Of a stretch of DNA of 64,000 nucleotides, positions 58,892 to 64,000 are shown one piece after another. The notes below the pieces were generated by a model. It made no database searches and was not told the origin of the DNA. It saw nothing but the letters and a program-made list of their open reading frames with translations. Each line of letters begins with the position of its first letter. Position 1 is the stretch's first letter. The stretch lies in NCBI GenBank assembly GCA_036170915.1, contig JAVHQC010000021.1, positions 1 to 64,000 of the forward strand, read 5' to 3'. Origin of the DNA: Cyanobacteria bacterium auto_48_18. Lineage in GTDB: Bacteria; Cyanobacteriota; Vampirovibrionia; Obscuribacterales; Obscuribacteraceae. The translations under genes were made by a program, and so were the position numbers.

Positions 58892-60817
58892 CCTGGATTA
58901 TTCATCGAGCCGCTTTGGTAGCTTGTTTTTTTCTCCTGAAACGGAGATGAATACTACATACTAGCGTGAGCAGTTAAAGACTGCACGTCACTCTTCTAAC
59001 TGTTTGAAATTCAGCAAGAATGAGGCTATCTCCTGCATAGGCGCTAGAGATCTGATTGAAATATAGTATTGCATTTGGTATCAAATGCATTTTAAAAAGG
59101 ATGAAAGGCCTGGCCAGTCCTGGATAATCGAGTTGCTTAAAAACAAAAACTCAGAACAGGAGGCCTTCCATGAGTTCGAATTTTAAAATATCTCGGCGCC
59201 CACAGCAAGCGAATTTGAAGATACAAGGGCAAAAGCTTTTTAACATTGATGATCAAGGCGGTCAGCTAAGTAGCCTTGGTGGCCTTCTTCCAGTTGCCAG
59301 GATTGCGCAAGACACCGGAATGATTAAAATGGCTGCCGATTTGATTCCAGAATGGAGAAATGAGGGCGCCGTTTCGTTTTCACTCGCACTGCAACTCGCT
59401 CAGCGCGTATTTTTAGCGGTTTGCGGTCACCCTGACGCCATTGACTGCACGTTTTTCAGGGACGATCCCGCACTAATTAATATTTTCGCCAAAGAGTTGG
59501 AGGGCCGCCCCATGCCAAGTCAGTCAACCGCAACTCGTACCGAGCAAAATATTTCAGAGACTACAATGAGTGCCCTTGAACAAGTTCCTCTGCGCTTCTT
59601 CGTGAAGCGACAGAAGAATGTTCCAAGGAAGTTGACCATCTACATCGATGGAACAGCAATACGTACTTTTGGCTCACAGCAACAATCAACTTGGCGTGGT
59701 GGCTACAAACAGACACAATATTTCCCACTGATTGCAACTACTGCCGAAGGTGATTTGCTTCTCGCGAAGCTTCGTGGTGGAGGATTTCACGATGCTAAAT
59801 CAGCGGAGGATATTCTAAAATTAGTCAGCGATCTTAAAAAAGAATGGAAGGATGTTGCCATTACACTTGTGATGGATACCGGGTTTAACAGCCCTGGCCT
59901 ATTAAAAGAATTGGAAAAACTAAATATTCACTACGTGATTGGCTACCCGGCTACTTCTTCCGCGAAATCGAAAATAAAACATGTAATAAGTGCCGTAGAA
60001 CAAGACTTCCGTAAGCGTTTTGGAGAGCCAAAATACATTGGTCAGGCGCGTAAAAAAGATTGGCAGCGTGAGCATGATCGCATACGGCAATTGCCCACAG
60101 CTGAACGGATTCACGCTGAACAGCTAGCCTCTTCAAGGCACTCACGCATTGTCTACGGAGTTGAACACAACGGCACAAAATGGCCCAGGGACAGAAATCT
60201 GATCGCTAGAGTTGACTACACAGATAAAGGACTTGATGTTCGTTGCATCGTTACTAACATCAAGAACTCAACTGCCAAGCTCCTGTACGAAGAAAAGTAT
60301 TGTCAGCGTTCCCGTGTCGAAATGTTCATCAAAGAGACTAAGTCACACTGCAAAGTCCCACTCAGCTGCCAGTCTTTCACCGCGAATCAATTTCGTTTCA
60401 CTACGATTCAAGGGCTAGCCTACATGCTCTTGCATGCAACCCGTAACGAATTACCAGAATCCCAGAAAAATATTTCTCTGCGCACACTGCGGGACCGGTT
60501 TCTACTGATCCCAGCAAATATCATAGAAACGTCAAAACGAGTCTTGTGGCGTCTTTCAACGGCACACTCCAATTCGTCACTCATTGTACAGTTGTGCCGG
60601 AGGCTCCAGGCTCGAACGGCCTAGATGCAGGTCCCAGCTCATCTTTAACCACTAAATCAAATTACCCTGGTTCGCTCTCGCTGACCAGGGCAGACGAACA
60701 ACCTTGCACGAGCTCACGGTTTAGCTGGTTTTTTTTAGCGGCTTTTCATCTAGACATCTCAAGACCCTGAACAGGTGGCGATCCTGGCGTATATACTATA
60801 TGAAAGCATAATCCAGG
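58892..60817 (+). mobile_element. IS1380-family insertion sequence (1926 bp)
   Basis: 10 bp terminal IR CCTGGATTAT/ATAATCCAGG; 4 bp target duplication TCAA at 58888 and 60818. Confidence 0.85.
59170..60624 (+). CDS. IS1380-family DDE transposase
   Basis: SSLGGL, PSQST, IDGT, YFPL, MDTGF, YCQRSRVEMFIKETK, F.ANQFR. Confidence 0.9.
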   Translation: MSSNFKISRRPQQANLKIQGQKLFNIDDQGGQLSSLGGLLPVARIAQDTGMIKMAADLIPEWRNEGAVSFSLALQLAQRVFLAVCGHPDAIDCTFFRDDPALINIFAKELEGRPMPSQSTATRTEQNISETTMSALEQVPLRFFVKRQKNVPRKLTIYIDGTAIRTFGSQQQSTWRGGYKQTQYFPLIATTAEGDLLLAKLRGGGFHDAKSAEDILKLVSDLKKEWKDVAITLVMDTGFNSPGLLKELEKLNIHYVIGYPATSSAKSKIKHVISAVEQDFRKRFGEPKYIGQARKKDWQREHDRIRQLPTAERIHAEQLASSRHSRIVYGVEHNGTKWPRDRNLIARVDYTDKGLDVRCIVTNIKNSTAKLLYEEKYCQRSRVEMFIKETKSHCKVPLSCQSFTANQFRFTTIQGLAYMLLHATRNELPESQKNISLRTLRDRFLLIPANIIETSKRVLWRLSTAHSNSSLIVQLCRRLQARTA

Positions 60818-60819
60818 TC

Positions 60820-60879
60820 AAAAAGAAAGAAGCGGCCGAGAACACCAGGTTTTCACCCAATATTCTCGACCGCCCTTTC
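60820..60879 (-). terminator. Intrinsic terminator of the metallophosphoesterase operon
   Basis: GAAAGAAGCGGCCGAGAA...TTCTCGACCGCCCTTTC with A5 at 60820-60824. Confidence 0.7.
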
Positions 60880-60887
60880 AAAAACTG

Positions 60888-62528
60888 TTATCGGGTGATG
60901 GCGAAGCGGTCCAGCTCGTTGCCATCGGCATCGTACTGAACAACTTCCATTTTCTCAGGCGAGAAATCGGCCAGAGAGAATGAGTGACGGTCACCAACCA
61001 ACTTGTCAGTAAACGGCTGCCACAGGTTCGGATTGCCGTGCAAGAGCTTGGAATCAAGCTTGGCACCACCACCTCCGGTGACGATGTAAATCACACCATC
61101 GGGCCGGGTGTTGGTGACGCCGTCGTACTTCCGGTCGAGGGTGACTTTACCGGGGATGTAACCGCCCTCGAGCTGAGCCGCAGGCTTAATGCCGCCAGAC
61201 GGGACGAACTTGATGGGGAAGCTGCGCTCGTAAGCGTGAGCATGGCCGGCAAAAACCACACTGACACCATTGCGTTCGAAAATGTCGCTGAGGAAGCGCA
61301 TTCCCTGCTCACGCTGGTGACCGATGTTGCTTGTGAACGGCGGCTGATGAAGCACCACGATTTTCCACATACCAGGAGCAACCGACTTGAGGTCGTCTTC
61401 AACCCAACGCCTCATGCCCTCATCGGTCCAATCCATGTACGAATTGGCGTCGAGGAAGAGGAAGTGAGCATTGCCGTACTCGTAGACGAAGTTGGCCATA
61501 CGCGGATAGCGTTCACCGGCCGAACTGACCAGGTCGCGCAGAGCTGAATAGTTGGCTTCTGCCAGAAGCGGCGGATGGTTACGACCTGACCCACCTGAAA
61601 TCTGGCTGTTGTTCGGCCCATTCAAAGGCAGCGACCACAGCGCGAAGAAGGCCATCAAGTCGGGATAATCGTCGAAGCTTACCTGCGTCTCAGGGTCAAG
61701 CTTGGCCATATCGTGGTTACCGACACAGCTGAGCGAAACCGTACTGGCGAGAATGTTGGAGCCTTTATCCGGGCTGGCATTCTCGGCCTGATAGACGGCA
61801 AAGAACTTGCTCAGATATTCGGCGTAGCGACCATGCTGGTAGACAACGTCGCCGGCGCTGATGATGATGTCGGCACCTTGCGGTTTGACGTAGGTCATGT
61901 CGACCACGTTGCCGCTAGTGACTTCTGCACCGGAATCAGCGGCTGGTGAAGTAGCGCGGGGCAGCCCAAGCTGATAGGCAAGCTTACGCTGACCTGGCGA
62001 ACCATTGCCCATGTCACCAAATATGATGGCACGGAAAGGCGAGCCGATGGCTTTGCGAGCAGTGGCACAAGCACTGTAAATTTCTCGACCACCCATGAGC
62101 ACGCGATACTTGAAAAGGGCGCCGGCAGGAAGGTTTTCGACTTTAGCGCTGAACTGCACTTGCTCGGGCACGCCATGCACAGTAATCAGACGAGCATCGG
62201 GAGTGATGCGCGTCTTTTCACCGGTAGAGGCCAGCTCGATTTCGACCATAAACTCTTTACGCGTGCTCTTGTCGCCAAGCACGTGGAAGAGAATCTGCAT
62301 TGATTCGAGGCCACCGTTAGCGCCATAAGTGCCATTCAAGCCAGGCTGCAGCCAGGGCTTGATGAAAAAGGCACCACTGGTGGAAAACACCGGCGAGGTC
62401 CAGCTGCGATCTTTGCCGGACTGTATGACATGAGTGGGTTCAACGGGTAGATCTTTGCGACTGAGAGCGCGGTAGGCAAGAAAGCCCACGACAACCACCA
62501 GCACAATTATTCCAATAGTTAAGTACAT
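60888..62528 (-). CDS. Membrane-anchored purple-acid-phosphatase-like metallophosphoesterase
   Basis: FGDMG, AGDVVY, GNHD, VLHQP, GHAH; N-terminal TM. Confidence 0.9.
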   Translation of the reverse strand: MYLTIGIIVLVVVVGFLAYRALSRKDLPVEPTHVIQSGKDRSWTSPVFSTSGAFFIKPWLQPGLNGTYGANGGLESMQILFHVLGDKSTRKEFMVEIELASTGEKTRITPDARLITVHGVPEQVQFSAKVENLPAGALFKYRVLMGGREIYSACATARKAIGSPFRAIIFGDMGNGSPGQRKLAYQLGLPRATSPAADSGAEVTSGNVVDMTYVKPQGADIIISAGDVVYQHGRYAEYLSKFFAVYQAENASPDKGSNILASTVSLSCVGNHDMAKLDPETQVSFDDYPDLMAFFALWSLPLNGPNNSQISGGSGRNHPPLLAEANYSALRDLVSSAGERYPRMANFVYEYGNAHFLFLDANSYMDWTDEGMRRWVEDDLKSVAPGMWKIVVLHQPPFTSNIGHQREQGMRFLSDIFERNGVSVVFAGHAHAYERSFPIKFVPSGGIKPAAQLEGGYIPGKVTLDRKYDGVTNTRPDGVIYIVTGGGGAKLDSKLLHGNPNLWQPFTDKLVGDRHSFSLADFSPEKMEVVQYDADGNELDRFAITR

Positions 62529-62540
62529 AGTAATAGCCTC

Positions 62541-63992
62541 CTAGAGGTTAGGCTGTTGGCTAGGCTGTGAGCGCTCAGTCTCATCTGGACTGTCGGGAGC
62601 GTCAGGCACTGAGATTACTTCCAGGCGTGCAATGGCACCACCTGCGGTGAGTTCGACAACGGTGAATTGGTATGAAGAAAGAGTGATCGATTCGCCGATT
62701 TTCACCGGACGACCGAATGCACTTTGAACGACGCCAACCACAGTGGTCGAGTCAGACTCGCTCACAATGCGCTGGTCGAAGACCTTGCGAAACTCAAACA
62801 AAGTGAACTCACCATCGATTCGATAGCGTCCACCGAGAAGAATTTCAACACCCTCGATAGCCTTGTCCCACTCGTCGTGAATTTCACCAACGAGTTGTTC
62901 GAGCAAGTCTTCTTGAGTGATCAAACCCACAACCTGACCGGCGGCATCAGTGACGATGGCCAGCTGCAGTTTGTTGGTTTGCAATTGTTTCAGCAATTCG
63001 GAGGCCGCCAGATCTTCGTTGACGAAGAAAGGCTTACGCACAAAGGCGGCCAGTTTGCCGATGGCTTCAGTGCCGGTGAGAGCCGCAGAAGAGCCTGCAA
63101 CAGGCTTGACACCCTTGAGTTCAGCACGAAGCTTTTTCTTGAGAATATCGAGCAACTCACGAGAGTTGAGAATTCCCACAACGCTCTTGCGGCCTTTGCT
63201 GAAAATGGGCAGGCGACTGTGTCTGGTTTGCGAAATGACATCGAGGGCATCAGCCAAAGACATTTCCTCAGCCAAACCATCAATCAAACTGAGCGGCACC
63301 ATAACGTCGAAAACCGTGAGGCCACGCAGCTCGAGAGCACGCCTGAGCAAATCAGATTCGCCACTACCAAGGGTGCCTGCGCGTTCGCTCTCAGCGATGA
63401 TAATCTGCAACTCCGCCGGAGACGTCGCTGAAGTGCCGTGCTCAGGCCCTTTGGGCATGCCTGGAATCTTCAAAATCACGGCGGTAGTGCCGTTGATGAG
63501 CCAGAGTAACGGTGCCGTGAAGCGACAGAACAGCGAAAAGGGCAGAGCCAGAGCCAGCGCCAGAGATTGCGGTGAGCGAATGGCGAGCAATTTGGGTAGC
63601 TGTTCGCCGATGATGACGTGGAAAATGGTGAGAATTACAAAAGAAACGATCATGCCGACGAAAGAAGGCACGTGTATTTGCGAGAGAAATGGCAGAGAGT
63701 TGCTGAGAGCATCAGCGCCAATCTGCAACAGTGCACGGATGGGTTCTTGTCCTACGCCGCCGACAGCAAGGCCGGTGATTGTGATACCAAGTTGGGCACC
63801 AGCAACCGAACGGTCCATGTCATCAAGCAAGCTTTTTACCGTGGATGCACCAATGACTCTGCGCTGAATCATCTCTTCAACCTGACTGCCACGCAGTCTG
63901 ATCAGAGAATATTCAGCGGCAACAAAGAGGCCATTGATAAACACGAATACTAGTAACAAGCCCAGCCAGAGGAAGGCTGTGCCGAGAATCAT
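62541..63992 (-). CDS. Hemolysin-family CNNM-CBS-CorC protein
   Basis: NGLFVAAEYS, QLGIT, GEQLPK, HSRLP, GLITQEDLLEQLVGEIHDE. Confidence 0.92.
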   Translation of the reverse strand: MILGTAFLWLGLLLVFVFINGLFVAAEYSLIRLRGSQVEEMIQRRVIGASTVKSLLDDMDRSVAGAQLGITITGLAVGGVGQEPIRALLQIGADALSNSLPFLSQIHVPSFVGMIVSFVILTIFHVIIGEQLPKLLAIRSPQSLALALALPFSLFCRFTAPLLWLINGTTAVILKIPGMPKGPEHGTSATSPAELQIIIAESERAGTLGSGESDLLRRALELRGLTVFDVMVPLSLIDGLAEEMSLADALDVISQTRHSRLPIFSKGRKSVVGILNSRELLDILKKKLRAELKGVKPVAGSSAALTGTEAIGKLAAFVRKPFFVNEDLAASELLKQLQTNKLQLAIVTDAAGQVVGLITQEDLLEQLVGEIHDEWDKAIEGVEILLGGRYRIDGEFTLFEFRKVFDQRIVSESDSTTVVGVVQSAFGRPVKIGESITLSSYQFTVVELTAGGAIARLEVISVPDAPDSPDETERSQPSQQPNL

Positions 63993-64000
63993 AGATTTGT

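Overview
Bacterial chromosomal segment of about 55 CDS. No rRNA, tRNA or CRISPR array was seen. Gene content (MshEN-like repeat proteins, Hanks kinase, futalosine MqnC, BT1 transporter) tentatively suggests a non-photosynthetic cyanobacterial relative (Vampirovibrionia/Obscuribacterales); this is inference. Housekeeping genes (hisS, mqnC, msrAB, mutL, ilvC, panC) alternate with discrete blocks of strongly C/G-ending codon usage and long G-poor leaders. Most of these blocks end in an intrinsic terminator followed 18-19 nt later by a TATART-like hexamer, often preceded by TAYG-N4-CATA. A complete IS1380-family element (58892-60817, TCAA duplication) inserted into one such junction, and its own end rebuilds the motif. 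Top novelty candidates: (1) three paralogous uncapped xxGGxAxV octapeptide-repeat beta-solenoid proteins in one operon; (2) the block/terminator/motif architecture; (3) a bacterial CRIPT-like 8-Cys protein; (4) a tandem pair of unknown GNAT-like proteins with cyanophycinase and GH2; (5) a CoaE fused to a transmembrane helix and ectodomain; (6) toxin-like peptidoglycan-hydrolase and zincin effectors; (7) a 26-28 bp palindromic repeat family. All calls come from reading motifs by eye; no database search was run.
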